A DNA stretch of 64,000 nucleotides from Candidatus Hydrogenedentota bacterium (GTDB taxonomy: Bacteria > Hydrogenedentota > Hydrogenedentia > Hydrogenedentales > SLHB01): assembly GCA_045863335.1 (NCBI GenBank), contig BTVY01000001.1, positions 241,629 through 305,628 of the forward strand. Reading direction: 5' to 3'. The position numbers and the translations under genes are program-made. The notes under the pieces were generated by a model. That model saw only the letters and a program-made list of their open reading frames with translations. It was not told the DNA's origin and made no database searches. Positions 49,639 through 60,013 of the stretch are shown one piece after another; the stretch's first letter is position 1, and each line of letters opens with the position of its first letter.

Positions 49639-51012
49639 TTAGGCAAAGCACTTGAACAACGCACCCGTCTCGTCCATGTCCTCGAATCCCGTAACGTTAA
49701 TTACTGCTTCTGCGAGCCTATCCTTCGGATTTCGGCCCTTGCCCAGCGCGCGTCGCTGCATGCCCCCTGCGATCAAATCCGCACACTCAAGCAGTACATT
49801 GCGCCCCTTTGTCATCGCCTCTACGGGCAAAACCGCCAACTGCCCTGGAAACTCCAGTGCCACCGAATCCTCGAGGTGCCTCTTCATGATTTCAAGGTAG
49901 ATACCATCAAAGCCGGGCTCCGCTTCTTTGATTACCCGAATACTTCGGTTCTCTGTCAAGCAGCCGTTCTGCTGCAAATGCTTCAATGAATCCAGGATGA
50001 GCTGGATGAACAAGGAGTCCATCGCATCCTGCGTTCGACCGCGAGACGCGATGGAATAGCCGAGGAATAGCACTCCGGCGCGGCGTTGAGAGAGTTGTTG
50101 GAGGAGGGAAACTGCTCGCCCAACCTTGTCAGCACCGGTCTCCGTGAAGTGGATCGTCTCGGCCCAGCCTCGCTGGTTTCGCCACTGCTCCAGGGCCGCA
50201 TGATGCTTATCGTATTGCTTCCAATTGATAACGCAGACGCCAGCAACGCCTGTGTATGTTTTGTCGCCCTCGTTACCAGTTTCGTCCAGATAGAAGCGGA
50301 TCTCCGGAAGCGCCTGATGTGCGACTATATATTCATGAAACTCGTGCTGCATCGCGCCACGTGCTTTGCGCGTGCCCTCCGTGCTCCGGAAGAGACGCAA
50401 ATCGTTTTGAATGAAGCGCCGCGCGCGGCCGAGCGTCTCTATGCGGTCCAATTCAAACAAGATGTCAAGCTCAAGCGGCTGCCATCGTTCGATGACGTCC
50501 GCCTGAAAAGTCCGCCAATAGCGCAGGCACAACGCAGTGTCGCTATCGCGCGTCTCGGGATAGCGTTCAAGAATCCGCGCCACGCGCTGCTCATGCTTCG
50601 CAAGGTGAGAATTCGCAATGTCCGCAAGCAATCGGTCGCGCTTCTCTGCATTTTCTGGCGAAAGCTCTGATTCCGGCGAAAGCGCCCATGGCTGCATCTC
50701 CGGGAGCGGCGTTTCTGTAGGGAAAAGAAACCCACTTTCATCCAGCCGCCTTGAAATGCGCGCCGCTGAAGAAGCCTCCGGAGTAGGCGAAACGGCGGCT
50801 TGGGCCGAAACCGACGGAGGTTTATCCTCCGATCCCCCAAGTTCGAGCAATCGTTCCCAGATCTTGTGCTTGTCTTGTGTTGTCGCCTTCGGCTTTATCT
50901 GACTACAGAGGGCCTCAAACTCTTGCGAATATGGAAGGTGTACAACATCTGGACCCTCATTTCGGGCCAATTCCATGAGCATTTGGTTCGAATCGGGCTT
51001 CTTGTCTTTCAA
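49639..51012 (-). CDS. DUF3800-like (RNase H fold) protein with extended N-terminal domain; candidate defence effector
   Basis: FYLDETG, IHF and LECADLIAG match the DUF3800 D-E-x-G ... ADxxAG pattern; co-oriented downstream of thsA; TTG start uncertain. Confidence 0.65.
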   Translation of the reverse strand: MKDKKPDSNQMLMELARNEGPDVVHLPYSQEFEALCSQIKPKATTQDKHKIWERLLELGGSEDKPPSVSAQAAVSPTPEASSAARISRRLDESGFLFPTETPLPEMQPWALSPESELSPENAEKRDRLLADIANSHLAKHEQRVARILERYPETRDSDTALCLRYWRTFQADVIERWQPLELDILFELDRIETLGRARRFIQNDLRLFRSTEGTRKARGAMQHEFHEYIVAHQALPEIRFYLDETGNEGDKTYTGVAGVCVINWKQYDKHHAALEQWRNQRGWAETIHFTETGADKVGRAVSLLQQLSQRRAGVLFLGYSIASRGRTQDAMDSLFIQLILDSLKHLQQNGCLTENRSIRVIKEAEPGFDGIYLEIMKRHLEDSVALEFPGQLAVLPVEAMTKGRNVLLECADLIAGGMQRRALGKGRNPKDRLAEAVINVTGFEDMDETGALFKCFA

Positions 51013-51217
51013 GATAACGATTCCCTACAGTCCTGCTTAAGACGCATCAAGCGACTGCCGAAACAAAACTTTCCCCCACGCCCCTTTGAAGTCCTCAACC
51101 ATCTCGTTCCGCCCAGCCCGACCTTTCCTATGGCTTGTTGCGCCATGGGTAAGCTCTTTCTGGTTCGACTAGATTCCTAGTGGTTCTCAGATACCCTGAT
51201 ACCGTGAAATAAGCCGG

Positions 51218-52675
51218 TCAAAACGTAACCGATTTTTCGGCTCTTTGCAGCAAGGTTGACAAGGCCTCGAGAATCTCATCATTGGATGCACCAACATTTC
51301 CCAGCACATCAAATTCTTTCCCGGGCTCCACACTTTGAAGGTACTTACGAGGACTCTCCTTTGCTCGATTCCAGATTGTATCCGCTGCGTGGCCAGTTGC
51401 ACCGATCGGGATTACAACCTTCTTCTCTCGAATCGCAATGTCTACTTCCTCAAATACCCCAGCCGACTCTTGGGTCTTTCCGTCAAGACCTTCTCCGTTA
51501 CCGCAGAGCACAACTACTACCCCAGACCGGGCGATCAAGTCTTCCCTGTGTGCTTTGTTTTGTTGCGCGTGGCCACTGCCTTTCGTACCAGGGAATGGGC
51601 GCACTGTCACTCGATCTCGCTCGCCCCCTTTTGAAACTGCAAAAAGTGCTCGCAATGCTCCGACGACGCACTGTTCCCCGATCCCGTAGCCGAAACCAGA
51701 CACCAAGTTGTACCCGTCAGAGATGAGGCGTGATCCGATGCATCGAACAAGTCCTTCAATGCGATCACGTCCGAGTGGACCATAGTCGTGCGCCGCCCCA
51801 GAGACGAATACAGTCTTGCGGTGAATGAAGCTCGCCAGAGACTCAATAATGTCTGTAATGTGGGCAAAGTCATCAACGAAAACCGTGTTGATGCCAAAAC
51901 GATGCAAGTCTTGTTCCCTCAATTGCGTCTTGCGAAGTTCATATTCATAGTCTGATTTCAGTTGGCCATCGAGTTTTGGGGGGCATTGTGGCTTTCTCAT
52001 GATGCAAAAGTGCTCTCGCTGGTTCTTCCCCAACAACACGCGGACGCGACTGAGAATGTAATCAATGTTGGGATCCGTGAAGCTGAAGCCGAGAAAAAGA
52101 AATGTCTTGGATATGAGGTCCCCTTTCAGACTCTCAACGAACAATTGACGCCGCTGTTCATACTGTTCATAGTCATCCTTTGTGATCACCGCGTCCTGTG
52201 GTTGCGTCACACATCCATGCATTTTGTAGACTATGACATCGCGTCCGCGGCGGCTTTGGGCAAGGTTTTCCTGCGTGATTTTGAGGTCAACGGTTTTCCC
52301 AGCCTCCTCGAACGACTTCTCCAGAAGTTGGTCGTAGTTTGTTGTCCATACTGACGCGAACGGCAGGCGCGCGAGAATCGCATGGCTCCGAGTTAATTCT
52401 GCGCCTTCGCTCAACTCGTCAATTATCGCCTGGTTGATTCGACTTCGATTTTGCTTTTCGTTTACGTGGTATTGGGCAACTGCGATGAGATCGTGTTCAC
52501 GATTAATATCGAGCTTTAGGTCCTTCGCAATATCACTTAGCAACGCTTTCCAGTCGACAAAACCGGCCGAGCGCGATAGGCCAGCGCCCGCAAATAGCGC
52601 GACATCTCCAGTTTCGACACTCTTAGCGTACCGTCGAATAAACTGTTGCTGGCTTTCATCCGGAGTCCAAAGCAT
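51218..52675 (-). CDS. thsA: Thoeris ThsA-like NADase effector (SIR2 + STALD/SLOG)
   Basis: SIR2 motifs FAGAGLS, WTTNYD, YKMHG, LFLGFSFTDPN; C-terminal STALD motifs FVSGAA, LVSGFGYGIG, RPFP, GVFEE, IPIGATG. Confidence 0.85.
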   Translation of the reverse strand: MLWTPDESQQQFIRRYAKSVETGDVALFAGAGLSRSAGFVDWKALLSDIAKDLKLDINREHDLIAVAQYHVNEKQNRSRINQAIIDELSEGAELTRSHAILARLPFASVWTTNYDQLLEKSFEEAGKTVDLKITQENLAQSRRGRDVIVYKMHGCVTQPQDAVITKDDYEQYEQRRQLFVESLKGDLISKTFLFLGFSFTDPNIDYILSRVRVLLGKNQREHFCIMRKPQCPPKLDGQLKSDYEYELRKTQLREQDLHRFGINTVFVDDFAHITDIIESLASFIHRKTVFVSGAAHDYGPLGRDRIEGLVRCIGSRLISDGYNLVSGFGYGIGEQCVVGALRALFAVSKGGERDRVTVRPFPGTKGSGHAQQNKAHREDLIARSGVVVVLCGNGEGLDGKTQESAGVFEEVDIAIREKKVVIPIGATGHAADTIWNRAKESPRKYLQSVEPGKEFDVLGNVGASNDEILEALSTLLQRAEKSVTF

Positions 52676-52739
52676 CAAAAATCGCCTTTAGTTTTGCCAG
52701 GACCAGTCCAAAAAAACTGTATGTTACACGAATAATATC

Positions 52740-53114
52740 TCAACTCAAGAGCTTCTTGAGATTCTCCCAATTCCAAGAATACAGTCGCCCAGCGTTGCTT
52801 ACGGGCGTGTAGTTACCATCTCTATAACCGATTATCTGCACTATCGGTACTTTCGCAGATCTCGCCATGGCAACTTCTTTTAGGACTCCCGGTGCACAAT
52901 GCGTTTTTGGCCCAACCATCACTATGACAATATCAGACTGTTCAATGGCGCGACGCGCTTTCTCTTCCCATGTTTTCTGCGGAGCAGCTTCCTTAAGTGA
53001 AGTATCTATGATCTCAAATGGCGAGTCACCCAGGCGGGCTTGTGCGACTATGAACGTTTTCAATTTCTGGTCGTTGTCGAAGTCGAAGCTTATGAATGCT
53101 CTTTTTCGCCCCAT
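52740..53114 (-). CDS. thsB: Thoeris ThsB-like TIR-domain (DUF1863/MTH538-like) protein
   Basis: AFISFDFD, IEQSDIVIVMVG, GVLKEV (catalytic Glu position); directly upstream of thsA; RBS AGGAG. Confidence 0.8.
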   Translation of the reverse strand: MGRKRAFISFDFDNDQKLKTFIVAQARLGDSPFEIIDTSLKEAAPQKTWEEKARRAIEQSDIVIVMVGPKTHCAPGVLKEVAMARSAKVPIVQIIGYRDGNYTPVSNAGRLYSWNWENLKKLLS

Positions 53115-53297
53115 TTCTCGATCTCCTGTGATGGGAGTAAGCGTGCCGTAATCGGTACGCACCGCAATATGGCTACCATACATAACCGTTCACCGCTAGT
53201 CAATTAGTGCGCGAGAGTCCAACACGCTCTGATTTTCCATAAGGTCCAGTTCCCACTGCAACACCTTGGCTGATCTCTACAAGGAGATCTCACACCC

Positions 53298-55031
53298 ATG
53301 CCAACCACCCCCAAACACACCACCCTCGGCACCCCCTGTGCCCGTTCCTGGTCCAACGACTGGATCGCCACCGTCGACGCAACCGAACAAGAACGCAACC
53401 ACCGAATCTGCGGCGCCCGCCTACCGGACGCCACGCCCTGTTGCAACCAATCCGACCACCCCTCCGGACGCTGCCAATACCACGGCGGCTTCGACCTCAC
53501 CGGCGCCCCCCCGGGCAACCGCAACCACGTGATCCACGGACTCTACTCCCGCCGCCTGAGACCCTGCACCCAAACCTGCCCCCACTGGCAAACCTGCCCA
53601 ATCGCCAGCCAATATCTCAGCGAATGCGGCGAACACGCGAACCCAGCTTCCCACCCGAATCGTCATCCCCGTGAAAACGGGGACCCATCTTCACAGTCCG
53701 TACCCAATCCCTGCGAAACCGGAGCTCCATCTTCACAATTTCCCGCCGCGTCCGGCCAATCCCACACGTCCGATCCGACTGATCGGCCCGATCCGTCCGA
53801 TTCTTCTCTACAGACTCCAGCCTCCGGTCTCCAGCCTTCTCCAAATCCGCAATCCCCAGTCCGCAATCCGCAATTGAAATCTTCCCTCCAGTCTCCAGCC
53901 TCCGGTCTCCAGCCTACTTCGCCGCCAACCTGCGTATACCAGCAAATCGAATACAACACCGTCCTAACCGACGCCCTAGCCATCGTCGAATCCCAGCCTC
54001 ACCCCAACCCCATGGGCATCCACACCGCCCACAACGTCGCCACCCTCCAAGTCCTCGTCAGCACCGCCGCCGCCCAACTCACCCAGGCCTCCAGCCTCTT
54101 CGAGGTGCCACGGGCTTCCAGCCCGTGTCCCCCAGCCGTTCCATGGGCTTCCAGCCCATGTAGGCGTCCCTCTTCTTCAGAAGCCTCCGAAGCCCCCCAA
54201 ACCCCAACTCCTAACCCCAACGCCATCTTGGCCTTCACACGCCTCATGCGCGAGTATCGCCACACACTAAAACTCCTCCAAGCACCGGGGGTGACCCCCT
54301 TGAACCGTCAAAATTCCGCGGGTGCACCCCCGACCGCCGAGGGCGTCCTCCGCCACACCCAACGCATGCAACACGACACCAACCTCGACCCCGATTCCAT
54401 CGCCGACGCCCAACTCGAACCCCAAACCCCCGAAACCCACGCCAAAGCCTACATCCAACAAGCCGCCCTCGCCGCCGGCCAAGGCCGCGACGTAGAAATG
54501 TGCGAAGCCTTCGACAACGCCGCCCTCCTCGACGAAGCCTACGCCGAATCCGAACGCAGCCACGTCTTAGCCAGCTACCGCCCCGCCAGACACAGCGTCT
54601 CCGAAGAACTCGCCGAAGCCATCCTCGGCCACCTCCACCTCGAACCACCAACACCAAACGGCAACTACCAGCACACCGACAACACCACGCCGCAGAATTC
54701 GTCGACAACCCGCAGCAACACCAACGAATTCGCCACACCCATTCCCCCTTCGAAGGGGGACCAAGGGGGATGTTCTTCAGAAAATGCGACGACAACCGGT
54801 CCCATCAACCAAGCCGAGGTCACACCCGATGCCAACGACATCCTCCAGTACTACCTCGATCTCATTCGAGACGGAAAAATGCCCCCCGAAGCCTTCCCCA
54901 TCGGCTCCCCATACCGAGTCCAAGCCGAAGCCAACAACGCAAGCCCACCCGCCACCGTGTCCAATCCCGATCGCGAAGGCGGACCAGCCACGCCGGAGTT
55001 TCCCGACGGAGGCGGGTCCGCCCCGGCATAG
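53298..55031 (+). CDS. HGGxSTG-like motif / terminase-small-subunit-like protein with in-frame repeat insertions
   Basis: RBS AAGGAG; CGAR...C...GRC.YHGG..TGAPPGNRNH..HGLYS followed by CxxxCxxxxxC; strongly C/A-rich, G-poor coding strand. Confidence 0.6.
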   Translation: MPTTPKHTTLGTPCARSWSNDWIATVDATEQERNHRICGARLPDATPCCNQSDHPSGRCQYHGGFDLTGAPPGNRNHVIHGLYSRRLRPCTQTCPHWQTCPIASQYLSECGEHANPASHPNRHPRENGDPSSQSVPNPCETGAPSSQFPAASGQSHTSDPTDRPDPSDSSLQTPASGLQPSPNPQSPVRNPQLKSSLQSPASGLQPTSPPTCVYQQIEYNTVLTDALAIVESQPHPNPMGIHTAHNVATLQVLVSTAAAQLTQASSLFEVPRASSPCPPAVPWASSPCRRPSSSEASEAPQTPTPNPNAILAFTRLMREYRHTLKLLQAPGVTPLNRQNSAGAPPTAEGVLRHTQRMQHDTNLDPDSIADAQLEPQTPETHAKAYIQQAALAAGQGRDVEMCEAFDNAALLDEAYAESERSHVLASYRPARHSVSEELAEAILGHLHLEPPTPNGNYQHTDNTTPQNSSTTRSNTNEFATPIPPSKGDQGGCSSENATTTGPINQAEVTPDANDILQYYLDLIRDGKMPPEAFPIGSPYRVQAEANNASPPATVSNPDREGGPATPEFPDGGGSAPA

Positions 55032-55154
55032 CGCGAGGAAGTCGATTCTGCCGCCCCCATTCGGGGGCTGTGACGTCGGGAGGCCGCGTGTCCTAGGGTT
55101 CCGCTCGTGCCTCGCTCCACCCTAGGCTACAGTCCTCCGCCCCTCCGGGGCTGC
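54835..55154. repeat. Right arm of the inverted duplication, ending in a REP-like hairpin cluster
   Basis: GCCCCCATTCGGGGGC, CCTAGGGT...ACCCTAGG, GCCCCTCCGGGGC hairpins; inverted copy at 49233-49540. Confidence 0.75.
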
Positions 55155-55565
55155 AAACCCGCAGAGTGAATGCCATGCCTACTCAAATCGCCCTTATCGT
55201 CCGCGTAGGTCCGTCAACGTGACGCACGATCCAACGAGCGAATGGACCAACATGTTCAGTCCCCGGAAATTGGAGTTGAACCATTTGAAGGGGGATGTTC
55301 CTGCACCGGGCTTTTAGTAACGACCTTTACGAGAATTTCGCGCGGCCTTGGACTACGGCGCGGCAGCCTCCGCTTCTCCACTTCGTTGCGAAGCGAAGGC
55401 TGGACGCTATGGACGGTATGGACGCCATGGACGCACAAGTCTTCCGCTGTAATTCGTCGAATGACATGGAGTAGTATCCGCGCTCCTGGTGCATCGTTCC
55501 CGAAAATCGGTCCGGGAATCGAGCGCGTTGAACACCACATCCAAACGAAGAGGAATTGTTGAACC

Positions 55566-56348
55566 ATGGCTACAGTCCAGACTCTGCCACTGGAAAAACC
55601 GCAAGGGAAGTCGCAGGCAAGGCGCGACTTCGGACGTTACTTCTACACGGGAGCGGCTTTCGTGCTCCTGGCCCTCATGTTCCTGGGCTTTCAGCAGTTC
55701 TATCTGCACGGCAGGGCGTTCCCGAACCGGGAACTCACGCCGCCTATTCGCATCTGGCTGATCGTCCACGGCGTCTCGATGACCGCCTGGATGCTCCTGT
55801 TCCTGGCGCAGCCGCTGCTGGTTGTTGCCGGAAACCGGCGCATTCATATGATGGCCGGGCGTGTGGGGGCGGTGCTTGCGGCGGGTGTCGTCGCGGCGGG
55901 CCTTCAGATTGCCTTCGCGTCGGCGCGCGTCAACCCGCCGGAACTCAAACTGTGGAATCTCGAACCCAACCGTTTCCTGGCGGTCCCGCTCTTCAGCATT
56001 TTGCTTTTCGGCGCGTTCGTCTTCATCGGCGTGTGGAACCGCAAGCGGCCGAAAATCCATCGTCCCATGATGCTGCTGGCCACCATGGCCGCCATTCCCG
56101 CCGCCATGGACCGCATCGATGTCATCAGAAACCTTTACGCGGGGACCGTCTTCGGCCCCCTGTTCGGTCCTTTCTTTGCCATGCTGGTCCTGGGACTGGT
56201 GTTCCTGGTCGTCAATCGGTTGTTGACGCGGTCGTGGGACCGGTACTACGCCGCGGGATACGCCGTGCTTGCCGTCTCCAGTTTTCTCATCATGCGGCTG
56301 GCATCGACGAATGTGTGGGACCAGATGACGAAATACCTGCTGGGGTAA
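55566..56348 (+). CDS. Hypothetical integral membrane protein
   Basis: ~7 TM segments; HG...AW..LF..Q..L, H...GR.G, HRPMMLLAT conserved-looking motifs; RBS GAGGA. Confidence 0.7.
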   Translation: MATVQTLPLEKPQGKSQARRDFGRYFYTGAAFVLLALMFLGFQQFYLHGRAFPNRELTPPIRIWLIVHGVSMTAWMLLFLAQPLLVVAGNRRIHMMAGRVGAVLAAGVVAAGLQIAFASARVNPPELKLWNLEPNRFLAVPLFSILLFGAFVFIGVWNRKRPKIHRPMMLLATMAAIPAAMDRIDVIRNLYAGTVFGPLFGPFFAMLVLGLVFLVVNRLLTRSWDRYYAAGYAVLAVSSFLIMRLASTNVWDQMTKYLLG

Positions 56349-56456
56349 GGCGAACGGGTCTGTTCCCCGCCTTGTATGCTTTCCCCCGGCTTCGCTACAC
56401 TGCCGGGATACCGTCAGAAGTGCAGTTCGCACGAACGGGGAAAGGATTTGGAAACC

Positions 56457-57854
<1,398 letters not shown>

Positions 57855-57870
57855 GGGTCGAAGATACCTT

Positions 57871-57911
57871 CGAGGCGCGAGTCGTTCAGAACGGCTCGCG
57901 CCTCGTGTTTT
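57871..57911 (+). terminator. Probable intrinsic terminator
   Basis: CGAGGCGCGAGTCGTT-CAG-AACGGCTCGCGCCTCG hairpin followed by TGTTTT, between convergent genes. Confidence 0.6.
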
Positions 57912-57933
57912 CCATGCGCGTGTTCTTGTGTGC

Positions 57934-58644
57934 CTACGGAATGGCCGTCACGAATTCCTCTGTCAGGGGATAGTCGCCCGGATAGGGCAGGTACTCGGCG
58001 TGGAGATCGAGGTAGACGACCCAGGCGTGATCGCCGGTGGGGCGTTGGACGAGTACGGGAATCCGGCTGCGGATTTCCGGTTGCTCGTCCGGGAGGACCT
58101 GATCTTCCGCGAGCATGAGCGGAAGGTCTGCGTGAAGGCGGTACAGTTTGGAACCGCCTGCGGTGCCTTTGCCATCGCCCACGGAAATGGCGTCGGCGAG
58201 CGGCGCGCCGGAGCGGAGGGCTTCCACGAGGGCCATGCCTTCGGTTTCACTGGTCGTCGCGTACCCGAGGTAGACGTAGTCGTCAAGGTTATCGACCGGC
58301 TCCAGGGTTAGCGCGGCGTGCCGGCTGATTTGAGTGACGAGCAGCGCCTGCGCCGGTTCTTCCATTTCCTTCTTGGGCGGATGGCCTAGCGTATAGGGAA
58401 TCGGCAAATCGTCGGGGGCGTATGCAAAGCGCCGCGCCGGATCGAGGGACGGCCAACAGCCTTCGTGGCCGTCTGCAAAGACAGCGCCGACTCGGGCGGC
58501 ACTGATCGCCTTGTTCCCTTCGGCAGCCAGGGCGTTCGCGTCTGCGCGGCGCTCCACGGCTAACTGGAAGACGGCGGAGTAGGCCACGCCGACGAGGACG
58601 AGCAGGACGACGGAGGCTCGTTTCTTTCGCGTGGTATCGCTCAT
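57934..58644 (-). CDS. Hypothetical membrane-anchored protein
   Basis: N-terminal TM; start overlaps the stop of the upstream gene (ATGA); DYVYLGYA and IPVLVQRP motifs. Confidence 0.6.
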   Translation of the reverse strand: MSDTTRKKRASVVLLVLVGVAYSAVFQLAVERRADANALAAEGNKAISAARVGAVFADGHEGCWPSLDPARRFAYAPDDLPIPYTLGHPPKKEMEEPAQALLVTQISRHAALTLEPVDNLDDYVYLGYATTSETEGMALVEALRSGAPLADAISVGDGKGTAGGSKLYRLHADLPLMLAEDQVLPDEQPEIRSRIPVLVQRPTGDHAWVVYLDLHAEYLPYPGDYPLTEEFVTAIP

Positions 58645-59717
58645 GCGCGCACCATGATGCCGCGCTTGTCGAGGAACACGGCGAACCAGGCGAAGAGGGC
58701 GACCGGCACAATGCCGCCGAGGAGAAGCGCGAGATAGGGCGACTGCATGAGGAACGTCTTGGGGATAAGGCTTAAGTAGATGCTGTTGAAGAGGCCGCCG
58801 ACGGCGAAAATCAGCAGCAGGTTGCGGCCAAGGCTGGTCAACAGCGGGAACCGGAAGCCGACCTGGCCGAAGGCAAAAAAGATCATCAGCATGAACCCGC
58901 CCATGTAAAGCGCGATGAGTTGAAGTGCGGCGTTCGCGGCGTGGTGCTGGGCGGGCTGAATCCAGTCCACGCAGTAGGCCGCGATAAAGGCCGCCGTGGA
59001 AACGGGAACGATGCGCTTACGGAATCCGACGAGGGGGTCGTCCGCGTCCAACCTATGCCACTGCCCGAAGCAGGTGCCTGCGATGGCCATGCTAGCCAGC
59101 CCCAAGGCCCCGAAGGGGAACCGGGGCAAACCGAGGACGTTGTCAAAGGTGCCGCGCTCGTCGAAGATGGGGAACTCGTAGATCAGGGCGTGAAGCATGA
59201 TCAGGCCAATCGCGATGGCAAACCGGCGATCGGCGTCGTGGCATATGGCAATACTCAGGAACGCCGCGAAGGAGCCGATGGCGATGAGCGCGAAGGTCCC
59301 GTTGTAAATAAAATCGTCCCAGTGCGGCGTATCGGAGGAAAGGTACTGGAGCAAAATTGCGTCCACAAAGGAAAGTGCATACAGGATCCCGACGCGGCGC
59401 GCGGCGTACCAGAAGGCGGAACGGCCACCGCGCTTCCTCCAGCGGCTGGTAAGCGCGACATACCCGACGAATCCGAGGACGAAGAGAAAAAGCGCCTGAC
59501 CCACGTCGATGAACGTGATGACCTGCGGATACCCATCGAAGTATTCGTACCCGTGGTTGAGCATGGGCGGCCCAAGGAAGGGGTCGCCGGTCAGGAAATC
59601 GCCGGCGTATTCGGCCGTGGGCATGGAGACTAACAAGAGCAATACGACCAAGCCGCGCGCCTGGTCCAGCCAGTCGTACCGCTCGTGAAGCGCTTTCGAC
59701 GAAAGAGTTTGCTCCAT
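58641..59717 (-). CDS. Heparan-alpha-glucosaminide N-acetyltransferase-like multi-pass membrane protein
   Basis: R..WLDQARG, H, D....LFLFVLG, LGRNLL.IF; ~10 TM. Confidence 0.6.
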   Translation of the reverse strand: MEQTLSSKALHERYDWLDQARGLVVLLLLVSMPTAEYAGDFLTGDPFLGPPMLNHGYEYFDGYPQVITFIDVGQALFLFVLGFVGYVALTSRWRKRGGRSAFWYAARRVGILYALSFVDAILLQYLSSDTPHWDDFIYNGTFALIAIGSFAAFLSIAICHDADRRFAIAIGLIMLHALIYEFPIFDERGTFDNVLGLPRFPFGALGLASMAIAGTCFGQWHRLDADDPLVGFRKRIVPVSTAAFIAAYCVDWIQPAQHHAANAALQLIALYMGGFMLMIFFAFGQVGFRFPLLTSLGRNLLLIFAVGGLFNSIYLSLIPKTFLMQSPYLALLLGGIVPVALFAWFAVFLDKRGIMVRA

Positions 59718-60013
59718 GTTCAAATCCGTCCCCACCACCCGACGGCGGAGTGTATCACACAGGCTGGCGGAAAACACGAGTGGCACAGCGGAACCACGAC
59801 AGCCGGTCCGCCGAAACGGGGAGCCCGGGACGCGGCGTCCTTGAATGACAAGGCCGATGGGTAGTACAACTTTAGGAGCCCTTGGGTGCGAAGGGCTGCC
59901 ACATTGCGAAGCGGTGGATTTGGAATCGTACTATCAGTTTGGAGCGCGGTCGCGTTCGCGGTCGGATACCGAGGCGGGGCAAACGCGCCGAATACACTTC
60001 GAGGGAGATTATC

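Noticed and set aside
53298-55031. Prophage remnant
   Set aside because: Only one terminase-small-like motif; no large terminase, portal, capsid, tail or integrase genes nearby.
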